Assembly: GCA_964355275.1 (NCBI GenBank)
Contig: CAYHCB010000007.1
Span: forward strand, 2,759 to 51,097
Length of the DNA stretch: 48,339 nucleotides
Reading direction: 5' to 3'
Source of the DNA: an uncultured Gammaproteobacteria bacterium
Lineage (GTDB): Bacteria > Patescibacteriota > Patescibacteriia > Patescibacteriales > UBA12465
Shown: piece by piece, positions 15,517-24,709 of the stretch
How the letters are laid out: every line of letters starts with the position of its first letter
How positions within the stretch are numbered: the first letter of the stretch is position 1
Program-made: the position numbers and the translations under genes
Notes under the pieces: generated by a model
The model's input: only the letters and a program-made list of their open reading frames with translations
Databases searched by the model: none
Told to the model about the DNA's origin: nothing

Positions 15517-18312
15517 TTATTTTAATTCACCCCAATTATCACCTATAGCTGATTCAACAATAATTGGTACTTTTAAAATAATAGCATTTTCCATTAACTT
15601 TTTAATTTCGGGTAACCAATTTTCAATCTTATCTTCTTTTATTTCAAAAATCAATTCATCATGAATTTGTAGAAGTAATCTAATTTCTTCCGGGTGATTT
15701 TTTATTTTATCAGCGATGTTTATCATAGCAATTTTAATAAGATCGGCGGCCGTTCCCTGAACTGGAGTGTTAGTGGCCATTCTTTCAGCACTACGACGAA
15801 TGACTACCGTGTTTGAGTTAATTTCTGGTAAATAACGTTTTCTGCCAAACATAGTTATTGCATAGCCTTTTTCTTTAGCTTGGGCAATTGAATTATCAAT
15901 CATTTTACGTATTTCTGGATAAGCAGCAAAATATTTAGCAATAAATTCTTGCGCCCTACTATAAGGTATGCCAGCATTTTGGGCTAAACCATGAGGGCCC
16001 TGGCCATACAATATTCCAAAATTAATTGCTTTAGCTTCATAACGCATTTTTTTACTTACCTCTGATAGTTCAACTTCATTAATTTCAGCAGCTGTCGCCG
16101 TGTGAATATCTTCTTTATCTTTAAAAGCTTTAATCATTTTTTTATCGCCAGATAAATGGGCTGCTAGTCTTAACTCAATTTGTGAATAATCTAAACTGAC
16201 TAATTTCCAATTTTTTTCGGCGATGAAAGCAGAGCGTATTTTTTTACCTTCTTCGGTGCGAGTTGGTATATTTTGTAAATTTGGTTCATTTGATGACAAG
16301 CGTCCGGTAGCGGCTACTGTTTGATTAAAACTGGTATGAATTCGGCCAGTTTTTTTATTAATTAAATTAGGTAGTGCCATCACGTAAGTGCTTTGTAGTT
16401 TATTTAATTCACGATAACTTTGAATTAAAGCAATTATTTCATGTTCACCTAATAATTTTTCAAGTTCATCGTCAGCAGTAGAAATTCCCGTTTTTGTTTT
16501 TTTAATATTTTTAGTACCGATTGCCAACTTATTAAATAGTATTGCTTGCAGTTGTTTTGGTGAATTAATATTAAACTCCTCTCCTGCTTGAGTGTAAATA
16601 TTTTTAGCTAAGTCCTTTAAGCGAGCGCCTAAGTCTTTTTCTATTTTTTTAAGATTTTTAGGATTTAAAATTATGCCATTTTCTTCCATATTAGCTAGTA
16701 CCGTAACTAGCGGTAGTTCAATAGTTGTCATCAGTTTATCTAAATTTTCTTCTTTTAATTTTTTACTTAGTATTTCACTAAGTAGCCAAGTACAATTAGC
16801 ATCCTCTCCGGCGTATTGTGCTATTTTTTCAGCGGCTACCTGGGAGAAAGAGATTTGAGTTTTACCTTTACCAATAATATCGGTAGTAGAGATTTTTTCC
16901 CAACCTAATTCTCTAAAAGAGACGGCATCTAAATTATGTTGACGGTTATCAGGGTTAAGTAAATAAGAACCGAGCATGGTATCAAAAAATAATCCCTTAA
17001 CAATCACACCTTGATTTTTTAAGACCCGCCAGTCAAATTTAGCATTATGGGCACATTTTTTTATTTCCTCATTTTCTAAAATACCTTTTAGTTCGCTCAG
17101 CCAAGGATGGGAAATGTCATCAGACTTTTGATAACTAAATAAATCAGCGACTTTTTTTGATTTACCCTGAGAAAGGTCTAAATAATAGGCAACATCTTTT
17201 TCCCAAGAAAAAGACATTCCTAAAAGTTCGGCATTAATTGGGTTAAGACCAGTAGTTTCTGTATCAAAAGCAAAAGCTTTAATAGTTTTTAATTTTTTTA
17301 AAAAAGAACTAAATTTATCCGGGGTATCAATTAACTGATATTGTTTTTCCTTCTCATTTCTGGAAAATTTGTCCTCATAACTTGCTTTAGTGGGCTCACT
17401 TTCTGCTTCGCTACCATTTTTTATATTTTGTAGTTTTCCAATTAATGATTTAAATTCTAGTTGAATAAATAGATCGGTTACTTTTTGCACATCAAAAGAG
17501 TTAAGTCGTAAATCCTCCCAATCTAAATCAAAAGTAACATCACGCTTAATAGTTGCCAGACTTTGGCTCATATAAGCATCATCTTTATAAGTCTTAAGTA
17601 ATTCACTAATTCGCGGCCTGATATGCTCATTATTTTTTGAAACAGCTAAATAGACCCCATCTAATGTTTTAAACTCTTGGAGTAATTCAGTCGCTGTTTT
17701 TTCGCCAATACCTTTAACGCCCGGAATATTGTCGCTAGGATCACCTCTTAGCGCCTTATAATCAATTATTTGATTAGGATTTAAGCCATATCGTTCTCTA
17801 ACTTTTTCCTCGGTGTAAGTAGTGCTGTCATTTAAGCCACGACTCATAGAGTAAACTTTAGTGCGCGGGCTAACTAATTGCAGGCTATCCATATCGCCGG
17901 TAACGATATAACTTTCAAAGTCTGTTTCCGCCTCCGCTCTTTTGGTAATTGTGCCAATTAAATCATCAGCCTCAAAGCCAGATATTTCAAAAATGGGAAT
18001 ATCTAAGGCCCTAGCCACCTCTTTTACTATTGGTACCTGTTCATAGAGCTCGTCCGGGGCGGCTGTTCTCGTTCCTTTATATTCAGCATATTCTTCATGG
18101 CGAAAAGTTGGCCCTTTTTTGTCTAAGGTTAAAGCTACATATTCTGGTCTAAATTCTAAAAAAGCTTTAAGTAAAAAAGAAGTAAAACCATAAACGGCAT
18201 TAACAATTAAGCCATCTTTAGTTGTAAGAGTTGTTGGTAAGGCGTGAAAGCTGCGGTGTATTAGCGCATGGCCATCTATTACCATTAACTTTGATTTATT
18301 TTTTATAGTCAT
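15517..18312 (-). CDS. polA: DNA polymerase I
   Basis: 5'-3' exonuclease (EADDLIGT, GDPSDNIPGV), 3'-5' exonuclease (FDTETTG), polymerase (DYSQIELR, KAINFGILYG, QIHDEL). Confidence 0.98.
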   Translation of the reverse strand: MTIKNKSKLMVIDGHALIHRSFHALPTTLTTKDGLIVNAVYGFTSFLLKAFLEFRPEYVALTLDKKGPTFRHEEYAEYKGTRTAAPDELYEQVPIVKEVARALDIPIFEISGFEADDLIGTITKRAEAETDFESYIVTGDMDSLQLVSPRTKVYSMSRGLNDSTTYTEEKVRERYGLNPNQIIDYKALRGDPSDNIPGVKGIGEKTATELLQEFKTLDGVYLAVSKNNEHIRPRISELLKTYKDDAYMSQSLATIKRDVTFDLDWEDLRLNSFDVQKVTDLFIQLEFKSLIGKLQNIKNGSEAESEPTKASYEDKFSRNEKEKQYQLIDTPDKFSSFLKKLKTIKAFAFDTETTGLNPINAELLGMSFSWEKDVAYYLDLSQGKSKKVADLFSYQKSDDISHPWLSELKGILENEEIKKCAHNAKFDWRVLKNQGVIVKGLFFDTMLGSYLLNPDNRQHNLDAVSFRELGWEKISTTDIIGKGKTQISFSQVAAEKIAQYAGEDANCTWLLSEILSKKLKEENLDKLMTTIELPLVTVLANMEENGIILNPKNLKKIEKDLGARLKDLAKNIYTQAGEEFNINSPKQLQAILFNKLAIGTKNIKKTKTGISTADDELEKLLGEHEIIALIQSYRELNKLQSTYVMALPNLINKKTGRIHTSFNQTVAATGRLSSNEPNLQNIPTRTEEGKKIRSAFIAEKNWKLVSLDYSQIELRLAAHLSGDKKMIKAFKDKEDIHTATAAEINEVELSEVSKKMRYEAKAINFGILYGQGPHGLAQNAGIPYSRAQEFIAKYFAAYPEIRKMIDNSIAQAKEKGYAITMFGRKRYLPEINSNTVVIRRSAERMATNTPVQGTAADLIKIAMINIADKIKNHPEEIRLLLQIHDELIFEIKEDKIENWLPEIKKLMENAIILKVPIIVESAIGDNWGELK

Positions 18313-18353
18313 AGGTACATTTTAACACATTTGAGTCTTTTTGCTATAAAAGA

Positions 18354-18377
18354 AAAAAACGCCGGATGTCGACGTTT
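18354..18377 (-). terminator. Terminator after the 26-codon ORF
   Basis: Minus strand AAACGTCG-ACATC-CGGCGTTT followed by a T run. Confidence 0.55.
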
Positions 18378-18397
18378 ATTCGAAAAGTGTTATTAAT

Positions 18398-18478
18398 TTA
18401 TCGAAATCTAAAGCTATCATCGGATATTTCTAGCCCACCTATTGGTTCTTCGTTAGAGATAGCACTCAGTAAATTCAT
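18398..18478 (-). pseudogene. 26-aa ORF MNLLSAISNEEPIGGLEISDDSFRFR, resembling the N-terminus of PilM/actin-like ATPases (remnant or small peptide)
   Basis: Hand-translated. GLEISD resembles the GLDISD-type phosphate-1 strand at the start of PilM-family proteins. TG-T-TATAAT promoter upstream (-10 at 18510-18505). Confidence 0.4.
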
Positions 18479-18591
18479 AAAAGAAAAAGGTAATTTATAT
18501 TTTTATTATAACATAAAATTTTAAGTGTTGCCAAAATTATTTAAGTCTCATTTATCTCTTTATTCTGGAGTTTTAAATTAAATTTATAATA

Positions 18592-18623
18592 AAAAATCAT
18601 CCAAATAAATTCGGATGATTTTT
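18592..18623 (-). terminator. Terminator after tRNA-Ala
   Basis: AAAAATCATCC...GGATGATTTTT inverted repeat. Confidence 0.75.
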
Positions 18624-18627
18624 ACTG

Positions 18628-18702
18628 TGGACCCCAAGGGATTCGAACCCTTGACCCTCTGCTTGCAAAGCAGATGCTCTAACCGGGCTGAGCTAGGGGC
18701 CC
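18628..18702 (-). tRNA. tRNA-Ala(TGC)
   Basis: TCTGC-TTTGCAA-GCAGA anticodon arm; G3:U70 identity pair. Confidence 0.95.
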
Positions 18703-18756
18703 TTTTTCTTTTAATTAAAAATAAACTTAATTAGTAAACTTTCTTCTTTCTTACCT

Positions 18757-18785
18757 ATAGTATCGGAATACTTAAAAGTGGTCAA
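18757..18785 (-). promoter_or_regulatory. Promoter for tRNA-Ala
   Basis: TTGACC, 17 bp, TACTAT. Confidence 0.65.
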
Positions 18786-18834
18786 CCCCTAATGTTTCTT
18801 GAAAAATAAATGGGCTAAAGGAAATATTTATTTA

Positions 18835-19089
18835 TTATTTGGGATTTGAATATTGAGTAAGCGGTGAAGCTAACCAACCAAAAAATAAATCGCCGCTACC
18901 GGTCATCATGATAATACCAACAGTTAGCACTAAAACACCGATTATTTTATAACCTAAACGTGATCCACCTTCAGAGCCAAGTTTGTCTTCAAACCAGCTT
19001 AAGCGACCAAAATTACCGATAAACCACTCAGTTTTTATTACTAGTAAAGAGCCCACTGCAGTTATTATAATTCCCAGGATGATTTGCAT
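18835..19089 (-). CDS. Small two-TM hypothetical membrane protein
   Basis: 84 aa, two hydrophobic helices flanking FGRLSWFEDKLGSEGGSRLGYK; co-oriented with the M23 gene. Confidence 0.75.
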   Translation of the reverse strand: MQIILGIIITAVGSLLVIKTEWFIGNFGRLSWFEDKLGSEGGSRLGYKIIGVLVLTVGIIMMTGSGDLFFGWLASPLTQYSNPK

Positions 19090-19108
19090 ATTTTTTTGTA
19101 TTTTTTTT

Positions 19109-20509
19109 TTATCTTATATAATTTAAAGGATTATATTTTACGCCATTTACTATTACCTCAAAGTGAATATGTGATCCAGTAGACCAACCGGTTGATCCCA
19201 TAGCCGCAATTTGCTCTCCTCTATCTACCTCTTCGCCAACTTTAACGTATAGTTTTGAGGCATGGGCATATCTTGTTTTTTTACCTCCTCCATGATTAAT
19301 CACTACGTTATTTCCGTAACCATTACTCCAACCGGCAAATTCAACGGTACCAGATTCGGCTGCATAAAGTGGCGTGCCTACTTTGTTGGCGATATCTAAG
19401 CCAGTATGACGCCAGGAATAATATTGGGAAATACGATGCCCCTCGGTTGGCCAAGTCATGCTAGTACTTGAATTAGGAGCCTTTTTAGGGTTAATTAATT
19501 TTTCAATTACTGCCACCGCATTACCCGATCGACTAGTGGTTGTGGTTTTAACTGCTACAGTATCGCTAATTTTTTTACCACCAGGGATAATAATAGTTTG
19601 TCCGATCTTTAAATCGCCAGCACTTTTAATATTATTATACTGGAAGATACTATTTTCTTCAACGCCAAACCTAAGAGCAATCCGACCGACCGTGTCGCCG
19701 CTTTTAATATTATAAACTGTTCCGCTAACAGGGAGTATAATTAATTTATCTCCCGGCCTAATTAAACTGAAAGCGGTTAAATTATTAGACCATAAAATAG
19801 TATTAACACTAATTTTAAATTTATTAGCCATTCCTGATACCGTGTCGCCACTGGCCACCGTGTAATATATTATTTCTGAACGATTGGCTGGTATAAATGA
19901 GTCGCCCGCCAAACCTTCTTCGTTTCCGTTAGGATAAAGAGGCATATCATTAACCAGCGCTTCATTATTATAAATTAAATTAGCTATCTCATCGCTAACT
20001 TGACTCACCCATGGTCGATTTTCAATATTGGCGTTTGTCTCAAGATATTTTTCATTTCTTGAAGCTAATATTTGACGCATGTTACCAAATTCTTCAATAA
20101 GTGCCCCCGTATCGCTTATAGAACTAAATTCATTTTTAACTAAATGGGACACAATTGTTTTATTGGCCGCTAAGGCGACGTTAGAAGAGTTTTTATTAAA
20201 ATTTAAAATATTGGAACCTATCATCGTAAAGGTTAAGCAAAAAACCAGCACATGTAAAATGCGCTGTCCGATGAGCTTATCCCAGGAGTCGTCTGTTAGA
20301 CCTAATTTTTTTAGTTTAAAAATTAAGTGGTATATCTTAATTAAGGGTTTAGTGAGAAAGAATTTGGATATTAAAAAAATTGGCCGTAAAACAGTAATTA
20401 TTAGGTTATATATTAACCTTTTGACTGTTATTAGAGATTTAACGGTAATTATTAACAGGTCAATAAAAAAATTCTTAAGTTTTGCAGAATTGCCTTTAAT
20501 ATGATTAAT
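19109..20509 (-). CDS. Membrane-anchored LysM x2 + M23 peptidase (probable ATT start at 20509 or 20500; track start GTG 20251)
   Basis: YTVASGDT and YNIKSGDT LysM repeats; HTGLDIA, YAHA and STGSHIHFEV M23 motifs. Frame stays open upstream to TAA at 20518-20516. Confidence 0.88.
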   Translation of the reverse strand: MNHIKGNSAKLKNFFIDLLIITVKSLITVKRLIYNLIITVLRPIFLISKFFLTKPLIKIYHLIFKLKKLGLTDDSWDKLIGQRILHVLVFCLTFTMIGSNILNFNKNSSNVALAANKTIVSHLVKNEFSSISDTGALIEEFGNMRQILASRNEKYLETNANIENRPWVSQVSDEIANLIYNNEALVNDMPLYPNGNEEGLAGDSFIPANRSEIIYYTVASGDTVSGMANKFKISVNTILWSNNLTAFSLIRPGDKLIILPVSGTVYNIKSGDTVGRIALRFGVEENSIFQYNNIKSAGDLKIGQTIIIPGGKKISDTVAVKTTTTSRSGNAVAVIEKLINPKKAPNSSTSMTWPTEGHRISQYYSWRHTGLDIANKVGTPLYAAESGTVEFAGWSNGYGNNVVINHGGGKKTRYAHASKLYVKVGEEVDRGEQIAAMGSTGWSTGSHIHFEVIVNGVKYNPLNYIR

Positions 20510-20525
20510 ATAGTATTATTAATTT

Positions 20526-20555
20526 ATAGTATCATCTTTGATGATTTTCCGTCAA
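20526..20555 (-). promoter_or_regulatory. Promoter for the LysM/M23 gene
   Basis: TTGACG (20555-20550), 18 bp, TG-A-TACTAT (20531-20526). Confidence 0.6.
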
Positions 20556-20593
20556 TTTACTAGATAATTTGTTAATAGTTAATATTTAATGAT

Positions 20594-22150
20594 ATGAATA
20601 ATCATAAAAAAAAGCAACCCCTAGTCCTTATTGTATTAGATGGTTGGGGGGTCTCTAAATCTTCTGGGGGTAATGCTATTAGTTGTGCTTCGCCACTTTT
20701 TTTTAATGAGTTAACCGCTAAATATCCTACTAGCGTTTTAAATGCCTCTGAGGAAAAAGTTGGTTTACCTCACGGTGTGTTTGGTAATAGTGAAGTTGGT
20801 CATCTTAATTTAGGCGCTGGTCGAGTTGTTTTTCAAGATATTCTGCGAATTAATAAAGCCATTAAAGATAAGTCATTTTTTAATAATAAGGAACTAAAAG
20901 CTGTAATCACACATCTTAAAAAAACCAAAGGAGCTCTTCATGTTATGGGTCTAGTTTCTGATGGAAGGGTGCATTCTTCGTTAGAACATTTATTTTCTCT
21001 TTTATCTTTTGCTAAAAAATATGGTTTAAAAGAAGTTTATATTCATGCTTTTCTAGATGGACGCGATACGCCTCGTAATAGTGGTCGTCGCTTTATCGCT
21101 TATTTAGAAAAAGAAATTATAAAACTTGGTCTTGGAAAAATAGCTACCGTTTCTGGTCGTTTTTATGCTATGGATAGAGATAGTCATTGGGAGCGCATAA
21201 ATAAAACCTATAATGCGATGGTTTACGGCCAAGGAGAAGTTTTTAATTCCGCTGACGAGGCAATAGGCGCTAGTTATCAGCAAGAAGTCTATGACGAGGA
21301 AATGTTACCAGTTGTAATAAAAAATACTAAAACAATTAAAAACGGTGATGCGCTTATATTTTTTAATTATCGAGCAGATCGAGCCAGGGAGATTACCAAA
21401 GCTTTTGTGGACAAAAAATTAAAAATAGAAAAATTTAAAAAATTTAAAGATTTATATTTCTTATCTTTTACGGAATATGAAAAAAATTTAGGATTAAAAG
21501 TGGCCTTTCCTTCGGAGCGACCAATTAATTGTTTGGGAGAGGTTATTTCTTATGCTGGACTCAAGCAACTTAGAATTGCCGAAACCGAAAAGTATGCCCA
21601 CGTTACTTATTTTTTTAACGGTGGCAACGAATTACCATTTAGTGGCGAAAATAGAACGCTTATTCCTTCTCCGCGGGTGGATAATTATGCAACTTATCCT
21701 CAAATGTCTGCTAAATTAATTTGTAATCAGCTTCTTGTTGAACTTAAAAAGGATATTTATGATTTTGTTTTAGTTAATTTTGCTAATGCTGATATGTTGG
21801 GTCATACCGGTAATATTCCGGCGGCTGTTTCTGGTATTAAGACTGTTGACGCTTGTCTTAAAAAAATAGTAAAAGAAGTCTTAAGATTAGATGGAACAGC
21901 AATTGTTACCGCGGATCATGGTAATGCTGACAGTATGTATAACTTTAAGGAAAAAGAGATTATAAAAGAACACACTTTAAGCTCGGTGCCATTTATTGTA
22001 GTGAAAAAAAGTTTAGCTTTTAAAAAGTCTAAGAAAGTAGCCCTTGATAAATTAATCCCTAGCGGTCGCTTAGCTGATGTGGCACCAACTATTATTAAAT
22101 TAATGAATCTTAAAAAACCAAAAGAAATGACAGGTAAAAGTCTTATCTAA
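20594..22150 (+). CDS. gpmI: 2,3-bisphosphoglycerate-independent phosphoglycerate mutase
   Basis: LDGWG, GNSEVGH, DGRDT, AETEKYAHVT, NADMLGHTG, TADHGN. Confidence 0.97.
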   Translation: MNNHKKKQPLVLIVLDGWGVSKSSGGNAISCASPLFFNELTAKYPTSVLNASEEKVGLPHGVFGNSEVGHLNLGAGRVVFQDILRINKAIKDKSFFNNKELKAVITHLKKTKGALHVMGLVSDGRVHSSLEHLFSLLSFAKKYGLKEVYIHAFLDGRDTPRNSGRRFIAYLEKEIIKLGLGKIATVSGRFYAMDRDSHWERINKTYNAMVYGQGEVFNSADEAIGASYQQEVYDEEMLPVVIKNTKTIKNGDALIFFNYRADRAREITKAFVDKKLKIEKFKKFKDLYFLSFTEYEKNLGLKVAFPSERPINCLGEVISYAGLKQLRIAETEKYAHVTYFFNGGNELPFSGENRTLIPSPRVDNYATYPQMSAKLICNQLLVELKKDIYDFVLVNFANADMLGHTGNIPAAVSGIKTVDACLKKIVKEVLRLDGTAIVTADHGNADSMYNFKEKEIIKEHTLSSVPFIVVKKSLAFKKSKKVALDKLIPSGRLADVAPTIIKLMNLKKPKEMTGKSLI

Positions 22151-22161
22151 TAATTAATCTT

Positions 22162-22410
22162 ATGAGCGTAGAAAATATTAATAATTTTTCTAAGAAAATT
22201 GAAAAAAATCCAGCAGAAATTCTGCTGGATGATTGCGATATTAGTATTAGAGCTTATCAAGCCCTAAAAAGTTTAGGAATTACCAGTATTCAAGAGTTAG
22301 CCAATTATAGAGAAGAGGAATTAATTACTAAGTTGCCAAATATAAACAACAGAACAATTAAAGAAGCTAAAGAGCTTTTAATTAGTTACAATTTAGATTT
22401 TAAAATATAA
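22162..22410 (+). CDS. Stand-alone RNA polymerase alpha C-terminal-domain-like protein
   Basis: LDDCDISIRAYQALKSLGITSIQELANYREEELITKLPNINNRTIKEAKELL aligns by eye to the alpha-CTD pattern (DDLELTVRS.NCLK...I..IGDL....E.ELL..PNLG.KS..EI...L). Confidence 0.75.
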   Translation: MSVENINNFSKKIEKNPAEILLDDCDISIRAYQALKSLGITSIQELANYREEELITKLPNINNRTIKEAKELLISYNLDFKI

Positions 22411-22418
22411 AAAATAAT

Positions 22419-23339
22419 TTAATTCTCTGGGACTATAACCTCAAATGGTTTAGTCGCTCCGTAAGATTTATAACCATCATCATTGCAAAATCTTATAATA
22501 TTTTTTTTGAAGTAGTCTGGTTTTGAATTTTGAATTAAACCAATTAAAAAATAACAAACACTCATTACCGCGCCATAATTACTGTTATCTGGTAGATTTA
22601 TTTCCCACCTGGTTTCCGGTTCGCCAAAATATAAATTCTTACCAAAGCTAATAACTAATTCTTTTTTATCGCGAACTACAAATTTAGCGTGACGAGCCTC
22701 TCCGAAACTGAAGGCCCGTAGAGAAACTTTAGGGCCAAATAATTCATGACGTTTTATATCTAGCATCGGCGCTAGATTGGCAAATTTGTCAGGCAAGATA
22801 AATGAGTAGGACTGATATTGTTTAAAACGTCGGGGTACTTTTAATTTTTTGATAAACTTTTTTATGAGTTCGGGGTTTTCCTCTGTAGCGCTTAAAATAA
22901 TTCCTAAATAAGTTGAAGTATTGTAAGTATATGGTTCGGCTAATTTGTGATAAGGATAAACCTTATCAGCTAATTTAGCCGCGCTCGAATTTGGAGAGCA
23001 GGTAAGTAAAATAGTTTTTAAACTAACTTTTTTGGCTAGCTCTATTTCCCAAATGGAATCTTTTTCTCCGGATGCCGAAATAATAATTGCTTCGGTAATT
23101 GTTTTATTTTTTATTAATTTTTCATAACTTTTTATTATTTCTTTAAAATCACTTTCACTAGCATAAATAGCTGAGCCACCACCAAAAACGATTTTTCCTG
23201 TGTGGTAAGCATTCCCACTCCCTACGATTAGGGGAAATTTAAATTGCTCTATAGCTAACTTTAGGGGGAGTGTTTTACTAAAAAAATCCAAAGCAGCCAG
23301 AACCGCCTGGTCCAATGATTTTAGCTTATATTTTGTCAT
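22419..23339 (-). CDS. Double SIS-domain phosphosugar-binding/isomerase-like protein (GlmS isomerase-domain-like)
   Basis: IVGSGNA, IISASGEK, LTCSPNSSAAKLAD, GEARHA; no glutaminase domain. Confidence 0.65.
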   Translation of the reverse strand: MTKYKLKSLDQAVLAALDFFSKTLPLKLAIEQFKFPLIVGSGNAYHTGKIVFGGGSAIYASESDFKEIIKSYEKLIKNKTITEAIIISASGEKDSIWEIELAKKVSLKTILLTCSPNSSAAKLADKVYPYHKLAEPYTYNTSTYLGIILSATEENPELIKKFIKKLKVPRRFKQYQSYSFILPDKFANLAPMLDIKRHELFGPKVSLRAFSFGEARHAKFVVRDKKELVISFGKNLYFGEPETRWEINLPDNSNYGAVMSVCYFLIGLIQNSKPDYFKKNIIRFCNDDGYKSYGATKPFEVIVPEN

Positions 23340-23386
23340 AATAGTTTGGTATAATTAATTATTTGCCCAATTTTATTGGTATTTTA

Positions 23387-23428
23387 ATTATAACTGATAT
23401 TGATTTATATTTCAATTTGCGATAAGCT
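23387..23428. promoter_or_regulatory. Overlapping divergent promoters (SIS gene / yebC)
   Basis: Minus: TTGAAA (23415-23410), 17 bp, TATAAT (23392-23387). Plus: TTGATT (23400-23405), 17 bp, TAAGCT (23423-23428). Confidence 0.5.
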
Positions 23429-23466
23429 AAAATCGAAATAATAAGTTAAATAATTTATTTAAATTT

Positions 23467-24189
23467 ATGTCTGGACACTCCAAATGGGCGACAACTCATC
23501 GTCAAAAAGAACTAGTGGATGCTAAGCGTGGCGCCATTTTTACTAAATTAGCTAATAATATTTCTATTGCTGCTCGAAAGGGCGGAGATCCAAATGCTAA
23601 CCCTTCTTTGCGAACCGCAGTTGATAAGGCCAGGGAAGCGAATATGCCTAAAGATAATGTTGAGCGAGCTATTAAAAAGGGAACTGGCGAATTAGGAGGA
23701 GCGCAGGTTGAGGAATTATATTATGAGGGTTTAGGTGCTTTTGGTTTGCAAGTAGTTGTTAAAAGTGTAACCGATAATAAAAACAGATCAGCTTCTACTA
23801 TTCGTCATACTTTTACTAAAAGCGGTGGCGCTTTTGGCGCGGTGATGTGGAATTTTTCCCAACAAGGCGTTTTTATGGTAACCCAGGAAGAACTAGATGC
23901 TAAAAAAATTAACTTTGAAGATTTAGAACTAGAATTAATTGATAATGGCGCGCAAGATATTAAGAAAGAAGCTGAGGGTTTAACAATATACTCAGCCTTA
24001 AATGATTTTCAGAAAATGACTGATTTTCTAGCAACTAAAAATATCAAAACAGAGTCAGGGGAAATTGAATATGTAGCCAAAGAAAAGATAGTCTTAAATG
24101 AAGAGGAAAAGGAAAAGACAGAAAAATTTATCAGTGAGTTAGAAGATAACGAGGATGTTAGTGATTATTATTTAAATACCGAGCTCTAA
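23467..24189 (+). CDS. yebC: YebC/PmpR family protein
   Basis: MSGHSKWA, NMPKDNVERAI, YEG, TDNKNRS; precedes ruvC. Confidence 0.95.
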   Translation: MSGHSKWATTHRQKELVDAKRGAIFTKLANNISIAARKGGDPNANPSLRTAVDKAREANMPKDNVERAIKKGTGELGGAQVEELYYEGLGAFGLQVVVKSVTDNKNRSASTIRHTFTKSGGAFGAVMWNFSQQGVFMVTQEELDAKKINFEDLELELIDNGAQDIKKEAEGLTIYSALNDFQKMTDFLATKNIKTESGEIEYVAKEKIVLNEEEKEKTEKFISELEDNEDVSDYYLNTEL

Positions 24190-24194
24190 ACAAT

Positions 24195-24683
24195 ATGGTA
24201 AGAATTATTTTGGGTATTGATCCAGGAATTGCTGACACCGGTTATGGTTTAATCTGTGATGATGGTGGAAAAATATCTTGCCTAGCTTATGGTTCAATAA
24301 AAACCAGTGCTAAGGATGAACTAATTAATAGACTGGATTCTTTGCATCGCGAGTTATCTTTGATTATTAAAAAATATAAACCAGAGGTTGCGGCGGTTGA
24401 AGAGTTATTTTTTTCAAAGAATGTGAAAACGGCTCTTACGGTCGGTCAAGCTAGAGGTGTTATTCTACTGGCTTTGTCGCAAAATAAATTAAAATTTTTA
24501 GAGTTTAAACCATCTCAGGTTAAACAAATGGTTACTTGTTATGGTGGAGCAAATAAAGAACAAGTGCAAAAAATGGTGCAAAGAATTCTTCATTTAAAAG
24601 AGATTCCCAAACCCGATGATGCCGCTGATGCTCTAGCTATTGCGATGTGCGCTCTTAATTCTAAGTTACTTTGTTTGAAATAA
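24195..24683 (+). CDS. ruvC: Holliday junction resolvase RuvC
   Basis: ILGIDPG, VEELFF, GQARGV, PDDAADALAIA. Confidence 0.97.
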   Translation: MVRIILGIDPGIADTGYGLICDDGGKISCLAYGSIKTSAKDELINRLDSLHRELSLIIKKYKPEVAAVEELFFSKNVKTALTVGQARGVILLALSQNKLKFLEFKPSQVKQMVTCYGGANKEQVQKMVQRILHLKEIPKPDDAADALAIAMCALNSKLLCLK

Positions 24684-24709
24684 TTTTTGCTTATCAATTT
24701 TTATAATTT

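Noticed and set aside
18540-18702. tRNA-Ala as an active integration site
   Set aside because: No integrase and no duplicated tRNA 3' end seen in the window.
20079-20504. 141-aa plus-strand ORF upstream of gpmI
   Set aside because: Better explained as the antisense shadow of the extended LysM/M23 reading frame.
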